Shown here: piece after piece, positions 48,494 through 57,486 of the stretch | Numbering within the stretch: the first letter of the stretch is position 1 | How the letters are laid out: every line of letters begins with the position of its first letter | IMG/VR virus record: IMGVR_UViG_3300020477_001932 | Span: 1 to 64,000 of that record | DNA from: a virus | Length of the DNA: 64,000 bases | Reading direction: 5' to 3' (one strand) | Notes under the pieces: model-generated | What the model was told of the DNA's origin: nothing | Database searches by the model: none | The model's input: only the letters and a program-made list of their open reading frames with translations | Translations under genes and position numbers: made by a program

Positions 48494-49590
48494 AATCATT
48501 TAAGAATTTTTTAAAAGAAGCAGATACTTCTGGTGCATTTGAAATGGAGGCAGCTCTTGTTGCAGCTGCAAACAATGACAATAAAGCCAAGTTCAAAGAC
48601 CCAACTGTTTCTGTTGCAAATGCTAAGAAAGTTTTAAAATCACAAAAGATAAAAGGAAAAGGAAAATTTCCTAGCAGTCGATATGAAGTAACAAAAGAAT
48701 GGGCTTCCTATTTTGATGGTGGTAAAGTTCCAAGTGCTACTAAAACACCTAAGACTGATATTATAATTGGAAAAAATTATATTTCTTTAAAAACGGGTGA
48801 TGCACAATTAATGAGTGGTCAACGGCCTGAAGCACAAGCAACTTTTTATGCAGCTATGAAAAAAACTGATAATACGGCTTTGTTGAAAAAAGTAGAAAAA
48901 CAATTAAAAGAATTAAAAACAGCTTTTCGTCTAACAAACAAAAAAGGAAAAGAAATTCATGGTAACAAACGTGATTTGATAGGAACAGCAAAAGGACAAG
49001 TGTTAGAAGAAATAGATGTGTTTCATAGAAAATTTAAAAAAGATTTAAGAAAGGCATTTGAATCAAATTCTAAATTTGCTCAAGAGTTTACTTTTGAAGC
49101 TATGACAGGAGCTCAAAAGTTTGGAAAGAATGAGGGGACTGCTACTTCTTTTCTTATAACAAATAAAGAAGGAACAAAATCTGATTTTCATACTGTTATA
49201 AAATCATCTGATAAATATGTTAAGAAAATTGCAAGTCAAGTAAAGCCTGATGTTAGATTTAAGTCAGGGTCTGTTAAAGGTTCTGCTGATAAAACAGGAA
49301 AGAAAATATATAATTTCTGGGCCACAGTTGGTTTGGGTGTTAAGATGGTTTTGGATGAAGGTTTTGAACAGATTGAAAAAGAAATGCTAACAGAAGGAAT
49401 ACTTGATAAAGCTAGTGTGGTATGGGATAAGTTGAAAAGTAAAGTAACCAATTTATTTGACAAATTTATTGATTGGATTATGGAAAATTTCCAAAAAGCA
49501 AAATCTTGGATTGGTGATAATTGGAAAAGATTGGTTGATTATATGGATTATGAACCCATGGTGTCATATACAAATAATATTAAGTGGTAG
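48490..49590 (+). CDS. putative internal head protein with PD-(D/E)xK-like motif
   Basis: N-terminal MKSFKNFLKE; PKTDII..ISLK. Confidence 0.55.
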   Translation: MKSFKNFLKEADTSGAFEMEAALVAAANNDNKAKFKDPTVSVANAKKVLKSQKIKGKGKFPSSRYEVTKEWASYFDGGKVPSATKTPKTDIIIGKNYISLKTGDAQLMSGQRPEAQATFYAAMKKTDNTALLKKVEKQLKELKTAFRLTNKKGKEIHGNKRDLIGTAKGQVLEEIDVFHRKFKKDLRKAFESNSKFAQEFTFEAMTGAQKFGKNEGTATSFLITNKEGTKSDFHTVIKSSDKYVKKIASQVKPDVRFKSGSVKGSADKTGKKIYNFWATVGLGVKMVLDEGFEQIEKEMLTEGILDKASVVWDKLKSKVTNLFDKFIDWIMENFQKAKSWIGDNWKRLVDYMDYEPMVSYTNNIKW

Positions 49591-49593
49591 TTT

Positions 49594-50817
49594 ATGTTAT
49601 CATTCAAAGAAGTATTAAATGAAGATAAAAATACGCACATGGAGCACCTTGAAGATGAAATCATCAACAATGGTGTAAAAGGTGCGACAACAGTAATAAG
49701 GTTTTTAGATTCCTTGAAAGATATGTTATCTGGTGGAAAAAAGAAAACCAATATTACTACGAAGTGGGATGGAGCTCCAGCAATTTTTGCTGGAATCAAT
49801 CCAGAGAACGGAAAGTTTTTCGTCGCAATAAAAGCATTGTTTAATAAGTCCCCCAAAATAAATTATACGGTAGCTGACATTAAAGCTAATCATGGTTCAG
49901 GCGGGCCTTCAGATAAAATAAAACTTGCGTTGAAACATTTACCGGATCTCGGATTAGATGATGGAGTCTATCAAGGTGATATAATGTTTTCTAAAGGTGA
50001 TTTGAAAAAACAAACAATAGATGGTGAGAGTTGTTTGACATTTACACCGAATACTATCACCTATGCTGTTCCAGAAGATAGTGATTTGGCTTCTGATATG
50101 AGGAAGGCAAGTATTGGAGTGGTGTGGCACACAAAGTATTCAGGAAACAGTATTGCTGATTTGAAAGCATCTTATGGTGTTGATTCAAGTCAATTCAATA
50201 AAAGTAAAAAAGTTTGGTTTGATGATGCATATGTAGATACTGCAAATGCAGCTACGTTTTCTCCAAGTGAAATAAAAACACTTGAAGGCAAAATCAGACA
50301 GGTGGCTGGTGCAGCTTCCAAAGCAGGTAAATTTTTAAATCAACTTTCTAAAGATAAAACTAAGTGGGGATTAGCTCCACTTATGAAAATCTTTTTTAAT
50401 TCAAAGATTCGTGAAGGAGATAAGATAGCAGACACAAAAAATCTTGTTAAAGAGTTTCAGCAATACTATGTCGCTCGAATGAAACAAGAGATCGACTCAA
50501 AGAAATCTGATAAAGGTAAACAGAAATATAAAGATATTCAAAAAGAATCAGAAAAGACTTTAAAGAAATTCAAAGACGAATTATATTTTACAATGGCCAC
50601 TTACTTGGGAATACTTGAAGCAAAAGAAATGGTCATTAGAAAACTGGAAACTATAAAAGGTATTGGTACGTTTTTAAAAACTAAAGATGGGTTTAAAGTA
50701 ACAGCACCAGAAGGCTTTGTTGCTATTAATTCAAAAGGCGGTGCTGTTAAATTAGTTGATCGACTTACTTTTTCCCATGCTAATTTTACAATAGCTAAAG
50801 ATTGGGTAAAGGGGTGA
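49594..50817 (+). CDS. putative internal head protein, DUF6267-like with ligase-type motifs
   Basis: MLSFKEVLNE; HMEHLED, TTKWDGAP, YQGDIMF, PEGFVA, VKLVDR. Confidence 0.7.
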   Translation: MLSFKEVLNEDKNTHMEHLEDEIINNGVKGATTVIRFLDSLKDMLSGGKKKTNITTKWDGAPAIFAGINPENGKFFVAIKALFNKSPKINYTVADIKANHGSGGPSDKIKLALKHLPDLGLDDGVYQGDIMFSKGDLKKQTIDGESCLTFTPNTITYAVPEDSDLASDMRKASIGVVWHTKYSGNSIADLKASYGVDSSQFNKSKKVWFDDAYVDTANAATFSPSEIKTLEGKIRQVAGAASKAGKFLNQLSKDKTKWGLAPLMKIFFNSKIREGDKIADTKNLVKEFQQYYVARMKQEIDSKKSDKGKQKYKDIQKESEKTLKKFKDELYFTMATYLGILEAKEMVIRKLETIKGIGTFLKTKDGFKVTAPEGFVAINSKGGAVKLVDRLTFSHANFTIAKDWVKG

Positions 50818-50821
50818 TACT

Positions 50822-50992
50822 ATGCTAGAAGATTTAAAAGAACTCAGAAGAATATTAGATAGATTTATAGCTAAGTATGAAAAAGAAGCTATATATTGTG
50901 TAGGGCAATTAGAAGTAGATAGAGAAGAAGAAAAAGAACCAGATAACAATTTAACAAAGGAAGGATTTTGGAGAGGGAATGACATCTATTAG
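50822..50992 (+). CDS. small hypothetical protein (56 aa)
   Basis: GGGGTG SD; MLEDLKELRRILDRFIAKY...; fills gap. Confidence 0.55.
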   Translation: MLEDLKELRRILDRFIAKYEKEAIYCVGQLEVDREEEKEPDNNLTKEGFWRGNDIY

Positions 50993-51170
50993 ATCGAGGT
51001 ATTGTGCAAAGTGTGATGCAGTATTGAAGTGGAATTGTAAGTGTCCAAATAACAGAGCCATGGCATGGCATAGAAAAAACGTATTTCATTCTGGTAAACG
51101 GTATAAGGGGAAAAAGGCTTGGAAAAAAGTTTATCCAGATGAAGTTGAATATAAAGGGGATTCAAAATGA
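50979..51170 (+). CDS. small basic Cys-rich protein
   Basis: CAKC..CKC; overlaps neighbours. Confidence 0.55.
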   Translation: MTSIRSRYCAKCDAVLKWNCKCPNNRAMAWHRKNVFHSGKRYKGKKAWKKVYPDEVEYKGDSK

Positions 51171-51466
51171 AATCATTTAGAAAATTTGTTAAAGAGGGAA
51201 CTAAGGAAGAATACAACAAACTTTTTGATGCAAAACTAAAAAAGTATGGTGTTGATAGTCCTGAAGATTTGTCTGATGAAGAAAAGAAAAAGTTTTTTGA
51301 TGAAATTGATAAAGAATGGAAGTCTGATAAAGAGGAAGTTAAAGAGTTTATTAAGAAAGATGGTGCAAGGCGTCGTGTTGCTGGTGGCGACGGTCGAAAG
51401 AGTAAAAAGTCTAAAGAAGAAGGTTGTGCTGACCATGAGGATGAGGAAGAAGAGGAAGAAGAATGA
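51167..51466 (+). CDS. putative internal head protein
   Basis: N-terminal MKSFRKFVKE; acidic tail. Confidence 0.65.
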   Translation: MKSFRKFVKEGTKEEYNKLFDAKLKKYGVDSPEDLSDEEKKKFFDEIDKEWKSDKEEVKEFIKKDGARRRVAGGDGRKSKKSKEEGCADHEDEEEEEEE

Positions 51467-51786
51467 AAGGCTTTGGAACATTCATAAAAGAAAATTGGAA
51501 AGATGAAGCTACTGAGTTAAAGCTATTCATTGATAATGATGCAAATCTTTATCGTCAAAGACTTGTTCCTATTGTCAAAAATATCCAGAAGAAAATGAAG
51601 TCTGGAAAGTATGACCATAAGAAAGCTCCTAAACTTTGGAAGTATCTTGTAGATGATGGTGCAAAGAAATATGCTAAAGAATTTCCAGGTGTTAAGTTTG
51701 ATAGGAAAGTTAAAGATCATGTTGCACAAGAATTTGCAGATGAATACAGAGTTGAAATAGAAGCCCAAGGCGGAAAGATGTTCTAA
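51463..51786 (+). CDS. putative internal head protein
   Basis: N-terminal MKGFGTFIKE; ELKLFIDNDANLY..KLWKYLVDDGAKKY. Confidence 0.65.
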   Translation: MKGFGTFIKENWKDEATELKLFIDNDANLYRQRLVPIVKNIQKKMKSGKYDHKKAPKLWKYLVDDGAKKYAKEFPGVKFDRKVKDHVAQEFADEYRVEIEAQGGKMF

Positions 51787-52373
51787 TGAAAAGTTATAGG
51801 AAATTCATAAACGAAGCAAAAGGTGATACAGCTGTTTTCTCTTTTGGTAGAATGAATCCTCCTACCATTGGACACGGGAAACTTATCGCTAAAGTTATTT
51901 CAGTTGCAAAGAAAGAAAGAGCAACACCTATTATTTTTCCTTCAAAGACCGAAGATAAAAAGAAAAATCCTTTGTCATTTAAAACAAAAGTGAAAGTAAT
52001 GAAGGATGTTTTTGGTAATGTTATAAATACTGATACATCAATAAAGACACCCTTTGACGTATTAGACAAGCTAAATAATGATAAGTATGAAAAAGTTGTT
52101 TTTGTAGTTGGCAGTGATCGGGTAAGCGAATTCAAACGAAATATGAGTAAATATGTTGATAGCGACCTTGATAATATAAAAGATTTTTCAGTTGTCTCAG
52201 CAGGAGATCGTGATCCAGACGCTGAGGGTGTTGCTGGTATGTCTGGTTCAAAAATGAGAGACTTTGTTATTAAAGATAAGTTTAGCAAGTTCAAGGAAGG
52301 GCTTATGACGAAGAATGCTAGACTTGCAAAAGCCGTTTTCAAAGAGATCGGCAAAAAATTAAAAATCAAATAG
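51786..52373 (+). CDS. cytidyltransferase-like (HxGH-class) nucleotidyltransferase, putative head protein
   Basis: MKSYRKFINE; FGRMNPPTIGH, KNPL, VVGSDR, SAGDRDPD, MSGSKMR. Confidence 0.85.
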   Translation: MKSYRKFINEAKGDTAVFSFGRMNPPTIGHGKLIAKVISVAKKERATPIIFPSKTEDKKKNPLSFKTKVKVMKDVFGNVINTDTSIKTPFDVLDKLNNDKYEKVVFVVGSDRVSEFKRNMSKYVDSDLDNIKDFSVVSAGDRDPDAEGVAGMSGSKMRDFVIKDKFSKFKEGLMTKNARLAKAVFKEIGKKLKIK

Positions 52374-52387
52374 GAGGAGAACCTATA

Positions 52388-52459
52388 ATGCATCCAAGAT
52401 TTATGCAAGCTTTAATATTTTTGGCAGGTTGGGCAGTAGCAGGTTATTTGTATCATTAA
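52388..52459 (+). CDS. 23-aa hydrophobic peptide
   Basis: AGGAGG SD; MHPRFMQALIFLAGWAVAGYLYH. Confidence 0.5.
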   Translation: MHPRFMQALIFLAGWAVAGYLYH

Positions 52460-52485
52460 ATATTATTAGAAAGGAGTAAAATAGT

Positions 52486-52677
52486 ATGGAAACTATGATT
52501 TTAGCATGGGCACAGGGACAATCTTGGTTTGGTATTGCTTGCACAGTTATTGCAGTTGCAAACGCAGTTACTCTTACCTTAAAAGATGATTATGCAGAAA
52601 AATTGCCTGTTCTTGGAAAAATATGGCCGATTCTGAATTGGTTGTCTTTGAATGTTCATAATAATAAAAATGGTTAA
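52486..52677 (+). CDS. small membrane protein (holin-like)
   Basis: AAGGAG SD; TM helix plus amphipathic ILNWLSLN..NKN. Confidence 0.55.
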   Translation: METMILAWAQGQSWFGIACTVIAVANAVTLTLKDDYAEKLPVLGKIWPILNWLSLNVHNNKNG

Positions 52678-52683
52678 TAATTG

Positions 52684-52716
52684 ATATATGGGGGAAGCTT
52701 CCCCCATATATTTTTT
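52684..52716 (+). terminator. intrinsic terminator, perfect 28-bp palindrome
   Basis: ATATATGGGGGAAGCTTCCCCCATATAT then T run. Confidence 0.85.
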
Positions 52717-52735
52717 GATTTGAAAGGAAAAGAGT

Positions 52736-53035
52736 ATGCGTAAAGGAATAGTTGGTGGTTTACATAATGAAACTGGTTGTATTATGAGTGAAGGTAATAC
52801 TTATAATTTTAATATTAAAATAGTTAATGGAACCGTAGCGAATGGTCAGCAAGTAGATTTTGAGTTAAACCAATATGACGGCGTAGTTAAAGTGGATGGT
52901 CTTGGTGCAACAAAACCAACACCCGCACCTCAACCAAAACAAAAACCAAAACATAAACAAAAAGAAAATACTGCAAGTAAGCTTGTGGATAATTTTGCAG
53001 TAGATAACAGAGAATTACTAACGGAGGATAAATAA
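52736..53035 (+). CDS. hypothetical protein, possible cold-shock/OB fold
   Basis: G.V..G.I..EG..Y.F..GQQVDF pattern; AAGGA SD. Confidence 0.5.
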   Translation: MRKGIVGGLHNETGCIMSEGNTYNFNIKIVNGTVANGQQVDFELNQYDGVVKVDGLGATKPTPAPQPKQKPKHKQKENTASKLVDNFAVDNRELLTEDK

Positions 53036-53036
53036 A

Positions 53037-53246
53037 ATGAGTACATGGGGATCAGATGGTGCTGAAGGAAGTAAACCAAAAAATTTAACAGATGCAGAAA
53101 AAGCTAAGTGTACTGCTGATAAAACTGGCTGGACAGTTCCTGCTGGTGGTAATGATAATCCAGCTGCAGATCGTGAAACATTGGTTGCTGTTAGAGGAAT
53201 GAAAGAAGCACCAGCACCAGCTCCGGCTGAGGAAGAAGAAGAATAG
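53037..53246 (+). CDS. small putative virion/decoration protein
   Basis: MSTWG..KPK.L..GW..ETLVA pattern resembling N-termini of T4-like virion proteins. Confidence 0.5.
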   Translation: MSTWGSDGAEGSKPKNLTDAEKAKCTADKTGWTVPAGGNDNPAADRETLVAVRGMKEAPAPAPAEEEEE

Positions 53247-53249
53247 GTA

Positions 53250-53708
53250 ATGATCCGTATTGCCTGTTTATTATTTTCATTATTTATTTTAACAGGGTTT
53301 TCTAAACCAAGAATTATAGACAACGGTGAATTTCAAGAACCTGCTATTGACAAATTAATACAATGGGTGCCAGAACAAATCCCACGCACCGTATCATTTT
53401 ATTTTGATACTGATGGGGATGGTGTATCTGATATTATTATTGCATATTATCTTATAGAAGCTTATGCTTGTAGAGAATTATGTACGATTGAGTTAAGAGA
53501 ATTTGAGGATCATTGGATTTTAGTATCTTCTATTGGTGAAAATCCATATGCATATTATATTGTTAAGAAGTGGTCAATGTGGCGTGAGACAGAAAAAGAA
53601 GATTGGAAAAGTGTAAAAAAATCATCTGGATCGGTTTATAAGTATAAGGACCATGATGAATGGTTTAATGATAAGTTTTTAAAATTATGGCCAGAAATGG
53701 CTCCATAA
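53250..53708 (+). CDS. putative secreted protein with DxDxDG motif
   Basis: Signal-like N-terminus; DTDGDGVSD. Confidence 0.6.
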   Translation: MIRIACLLFSLFILTGFSKPRIIDNGEFQEPAIDKLIQWVPEQIPRTVSFYFDTDGDGVSDIIIAYYLIEAYACRELCTIELREFEDHWILVSSIGENPYAYYIVKKWSMWRETEKEDWKSVKKSSGSVYKYKDHDEWFNDKFLKLWPEMAP

Positions 53709-53724
53709 AAAATGTAGAGGTTTT

Positions 53725-54090
53725 ATGCGATTTGATGTTTTGACGAATGGTAATTATATGATGTATGCACTACTTCATTATGATAACCCACATTGTAAAG
53801 ATATAAAAGAGTTCTTTGAGGATATTAAACGAATACATTATATTCGTAGATTGTTTAAAAGATACGAAACAGATGGTATTCTTAAAGACCGATTAATACT
53901 TAATCATCTAATTACATTCTATAATGTTTTTGAAGCTAAAGCAGCTTCAAGAATACTATTCTTTAGAATAGAAGAAAAATATCATTCTGCGTTGAAAACT
54001 TTTTTAGTTTTTATTAACAAAGCGCCAGAAGAAAGAAATGATATATCATTAGATGATGTTGTAATTAATGTTCTAAGGAATATAAAATAA
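53725..54090 (+). CDS. T4-like hypothetical protein
   Basis: YDNPHC..EFFEDIKR..RLILNHLI..YNVF..LKTFL. Confidence 0.8.
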   Translation: MRFDVLTNGNYMMYALLHYDNPHCKDIKEFFEDIKRIHYIRRLFKRYETDGILKDRLILNHLITFYNVFEAKAASRILFFRIEEKYHSALKTFLVFINKAPEERNDISLDDVVINVLRNIK

Positions 54091-54393
54091 ATGTCAAGAT
54101 TAGTAGATACCTATATAACATATCGAATTATTAAAACATTAGTAAAGCCATGGAAACAACAAGAAGCCTATAAACTTGGTATTATTGATGCTAAAGGTAA
54201 GACTTTAAAAAAAGCTAAAGATTTAAAAACAGCTGACGAAAAAGAAGCTTATACTGTTTTGACTAGATTTATTTTCAATCTTAAACGTCTTTTGAATCAA
54301 GTGCCAGGTGGCAAAAGTAAGTTTGGGTCTTATGCAGCAGCAGCTGTTCTTTTACTAAAAGAGGAAGAAGAAAATGAACAAGAAACCATTTGA
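54091..54393 (+). CDS. T4-like hypothetical protein
   Basis: YRIIKTLVKPW..AYKLGIID..GK..RFIFNLKRLL..SYAAA..LLKE. Confidence 0.8.
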   Translation: MSRLVDTYITYRIIKTLVKPWKQQEAYKLGIIDAKGKTLKKAKDLKTADEKEAYTVLTRFIFNLKRLLNQVPGGKSKFGSYAAAAVLLLKEEEENEQETI

Positions 54394-55042
54394 AGAAGAT
54401 GCTCCAACTAATGCAACCGGCCCAGCTGTAGTTGGTACTGGTGATGATAAGTCAACTTGGAAAAAGAAGAAAAAGAAATCCAAGATTATTAAGCGTCTCA
54501 AAGGAACTTATGAAGTTGGTAGAAAACCAGATAAAGAATTAGTATTGAAAAAAGAAGATCGTGATTATCGTAAAGAATATGATAATTATCATGCAAAACC
54601 AGAGCAGCGTAAAAAGAACGCAGCTCGTTTGAGAGCGAGGAGGCTAATGGTGAAAAAAGGTAAAGTGAAAAAGAATGATAAAATGGATGTGCATCATAAA
54701 GACAACAATCCCTTGAATAATGACCCCAAAAATCTTTCAGTAACTACACAAAATTATAATAGAAAAGAACCTCGATTGCGTGAAGAAGGTGAGATTGATA
54801 TTACACCTGATTCTACGTTTGCGCAGATGCCAGTATTCAAAGTTGATTCAAGCGATTTTGTAAGATGTCAAGATGTGAAAAAGAAACATGCTAGATGGAG
54901 TAAACATATTGATACAAATTCAGAATATGGTAAAAAGATTCATACATACGCACAAAAGAATCCTAAGAAATCTATTATAGTTCAAGATGATAAAACAGGC
55001 CACATGGTATATTTACGAAAATACTCACAAATGGAGAAATAA
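54374..55042 (+). CDS. late-region protein with internal HNH module
   Basis: EEDAPTN N-terminus; RDYRKEY..DVHHKDNNPLNN..NL..NR; C-terminal KNPKKSIIVQD. Confidence 0.7.
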   Translation: MNKKPFEEDAPTNATGPAVVGTGDDKSTWKKKKKKSKIIKRLKGTYEVGRKPDKELVLKKEDRDYRKEYDNYHAKPEQRKKNAARLRARRLMVKKGKVKKNDKMDVHHKDNNPLNNDPKNLSVTTQNYNRKEPRLREEGEIDITPDSTFAQMPVFKVDSSDFVRCQDVKKKHARWSKHIDTNSEYGKKIHTYAQKNPKKSIIVQDDKTGHMVYLRKYSQMEK

Positions 55043-55044
55043 AA

Positions 55045-55257
55045 ATGATAAGTCTTATTGGTAACGCATTAGGTCTTGGTTTAAAGATTATGGATAGGAT
55101 TGAAAAAAATTCTGATAAACCAAGTTTTGAAGAATTTAAAGGAAGAAAAAAAGAAATGGATAATTCATTAGCAGATGAAGATGTTAATGGTATTGATTCT
55201 ATGTTTGAATATCTAGCAGAACGTGCGAGGGCTGGAAAAACAGGAAAAAAAGGTTAA
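55045..55257 (+). CDS. small hypothetical protein (possible lysis accessory)
   Basis: GGAG SD; amphipathic N-terminus. Confidence 0.6.
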   Translation: MISLIGNALGLGLKIMDRIEKNSDKPSFEEFKGRKKEMDNSLADEDVNGIDSMFEYLAERARAGKTGKKG

Positions 55258-55285
55258 TCAATAACACTTTTTAAGGAAAAAAGTA

Positions 55286-56887
55286 ATGTCAGAAAAAGAA
55301 TACGTTGTTATTGTTAAAGAAGGGGAAGATTTAAATGCACTTGATGCTGAAATGGCAGCTAGTTCTGGAAGTGGTGTTATACCAGATCGTGCTGTAGTAT
55401 GTGCTGATCCACAAACACATGATACACGAATGACACATTGGAATCTTACAGATGCAGAAGCAGAAACACTAAAAGGTGATGGTAGAGTTTTAGCTGTTGA
55501 AAGACCAACTAAAGACAGAACAGATATTGAAATTGCACCTGTTGCTAGACAACCTGAAACATTTACCAAAGGGAATAATCCTGCTGGTGGTGTTAATTGG
55601 GGATTGTCTCGTTGTAATTATAGCATTGATAATTTCGACGGTAACGATTCAATATTTGATAACTACAAATACGCTATGACAGGTAAAGATGTTGATGTTG
55701 TTATCATGGATAGTGGTATTGAACTTGACCATCCAGAGTTTAAAGACGCTGCAGGAAATAATCGAATACAAGCAATAGATTGGTATGCAGCTTCTAATGG
55801 TGCTATGACAGGTACTCAGGGTGCTGATTGGTACACCGATACTAATGGTCATGGTACTTTTTGTGCAAGTATTTCTTGTGGTAAGAAATATGGTTGGGCA
55901 AAGGATGCTAACATATATTCTATTCCAATTTATAATAATGCAGCTGCTGTTTCAGCTGAAACTGCTATGGACTTGGTAAGACATTGGCATAATAATAAGG
56001 GTACGAATAAACCAACTATTGTTAATATGAGTTTTGCTTATCTTTATACAATGGACAATGCTGGAACACAAAATGGTGATAATGGTCAATGTTGGGATAC
56101 ATTTACTGGTCAAATGGATATATGGACTTTTGGTGATCCGGGTTATACTAATGCAAATGAAATAGAAGATAATGTTGATCTTAATTCTTTTACAAAACCA
56201 GCATCAAGAGTTGCATCTGTTGATGCGAAACTTGACCAAATGATTGCAGCTGGTATTCATATTTCTATTGCAGCTAATAATAATTATGAAGTTCAATATG
56301 AATATGAAGATAGCGCAAATGACAACTATAATGATTTTATGGTTCGACCTACTTTTGCTGGTGGAGCTCCATTGTATTACCATCGCGGCTCTAGTCCAAG
56401 AGGTACTATGAAGGGTGGAGCAGAAATGGTTGTTGGTAATATTGGTGTCGATTATACTAATAATAAAGAAAGATTAAGAGCATCATCTGCAAATGGAGAG
56501 GCAGTAGATATATTTGCACCTGGCACTCAAATTACTGCGGGAGTTTCTAATGTCAATAGTGGATTTTATGCAGACACAGCACATCCGGATGATGGAAGTT
56601 GGAAAATCGGTAATAGTTCTGGTACAAGTTTTGCTTGCCCTCAAGTTGTTGGTGTTGGTGCATTATATTTGCAAAACGAGCCAAACCTTACGCCGGATGA
56701 GTTGAAAGCAAAAATGTTGCATGATTCAAAAAAAGGTGTATTGTATGATGATCTTAATTGGGATCAAAAAGATTTGGGTAAGTATGCAGATCATGTTACT
56801 ACAAACAAAGGCTTGATGGGAGGGCCTAACAAAGTTCTTTATAATAGATTTACTGGTGATGTTTTTGTAGGATACTACGAAGCTTAA
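55286..56887 (+). CDS. subtilisin-family (S8) serine protease
   Basis: Catalytic D (VIMDSG), H (NGHGT), S (SGTSFACP); N-terminal propeptide; DIFAPG. Confidence 0.92.
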   Translation: MSEKEYVVIVKEGEDLNALDAEMAASSGSGVIPDRAVVCADPQTHDTRMTHWNLTDAEAETLKGDGRVLAVERPTKDRTDIEIAPVARQPETFTKGNNPAGGVNWGLSRCNYSIDNFDGNDSIFDNYKYAMTGKDVDVVIMDSGIELDHPEFKDAAGNNRIQAIDWYAASNGAMTGTQGADWYTDTNGHGTFCASISCGKKYGWAKDANIYSIPIYNNAAAVSAETAMDLVRHWHNNKGTNKPTIVNMSFAYLYTMDNAGTQNGDNGQCWDTFTGQMDIWTFGDPGYTNANEIEDNVDLNSFTKPASRVASVDAKLDQMIAAGIHISIAANNNYEVQYEYEDSANDNYNDFMVRPTFAGGAPLYYHRGSSPRGTMKGGAEMVVGNIGVDYTNNKERLRASSANGEAVDIFAPGTQITAGVSNVNSGFYADTAHPDDGSWKIGNSSGTSFACPQVVGVGALYLQNEPNLTPDELKAKMLHDSKKGVLYDDLNWDQKDLGKYADHVTTNKGLMGGPNKVLYNRFTGDVFVGYYEA

Positions 56888-56905
56888 TAATAGAAAGGGA
56901 TAAAA

Positions 56906-57127
56906 ATGAAAAACATAATGTTAGGATTTTGTTTAATTGTTTTAATTGGTTGTGGAGCGACTAGTAATGCTTATAAAAGACCCGATGTAAGAATAGTGGG
57001 GGAAGCTCAAATGAAGAAACTTGAGAATGGCAATTACGAAGTTACCCCACGCTGGATCAAAGATCGCTTTGATGCAGAGAACTCAATGTTAAAGCAATTA
57101 GAGGACTGTCGAGAAGGTGGAAGATAA
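56906..57127 (+). CDS. small lipoprotein (o-spanin candidate)
   Basis: Lipobox LIGC. Confidence 0.6.
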   Translation: MKNIMLGFCLIVLIGCGATSNAYKRPDVRIVGEAQMKKLENGNYEVTPRWIKDRFDAENSMLKQLEDCREGGR

Positions 57128-57482
57128 CGAGAAACAAAGCAGAGAATCACAGACACAGATACTTGAACTCCAAAAAGACATTGAACATTTAAATTATATA
57201 CTGAAAGAACTTGATAAAGATAAAGAGTTTTTAAAAGAACACTTTACTTTAAAAAATTCTCAACGTCTTGAAGATATTGCTAAACTTCATTCTAGGCTGG
57301 ATAAGCATATTCAGACTGAATTGGAATATCATCAAAGCGTGAGAGATAAAGCTACAGTCGAACACGCAGCTATTCATAAAAGAATAAATCAGGCTGAGCG
57401 TTGGATATGGATTTTCTTTGGAGGCTTTACGGTCGTCGGTGCTTTGCTAGGCAAAGCTTCATTCACTAGCATTTTTAATTAA
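57117..57482 (+). CDS. coiled-coil protein with C-terminal TM helix
   Basis: Heptads then ERWIWIFFGGFTVVGALL; GTG start. Confidence 0.65.
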   Translation: MEDNEKQSRESQTQILELQKDIEHLNYILKELDKDKEFLKEHFTLKNSQRLEDIAKLHSRLDKHIQTELEYHQSVRDKATVEHAAIHKRINQAERWIWIFFGGFTVVGALLGKASFTSIFN

Positions 57483-57486
57483 GTAT

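Noticed and set aside
42720-52029. Intragenic TATAAATA at 42720 (gp43) and 52022
   Set aside because: Expected by chance in AT-rich coding DNA; no supporting context
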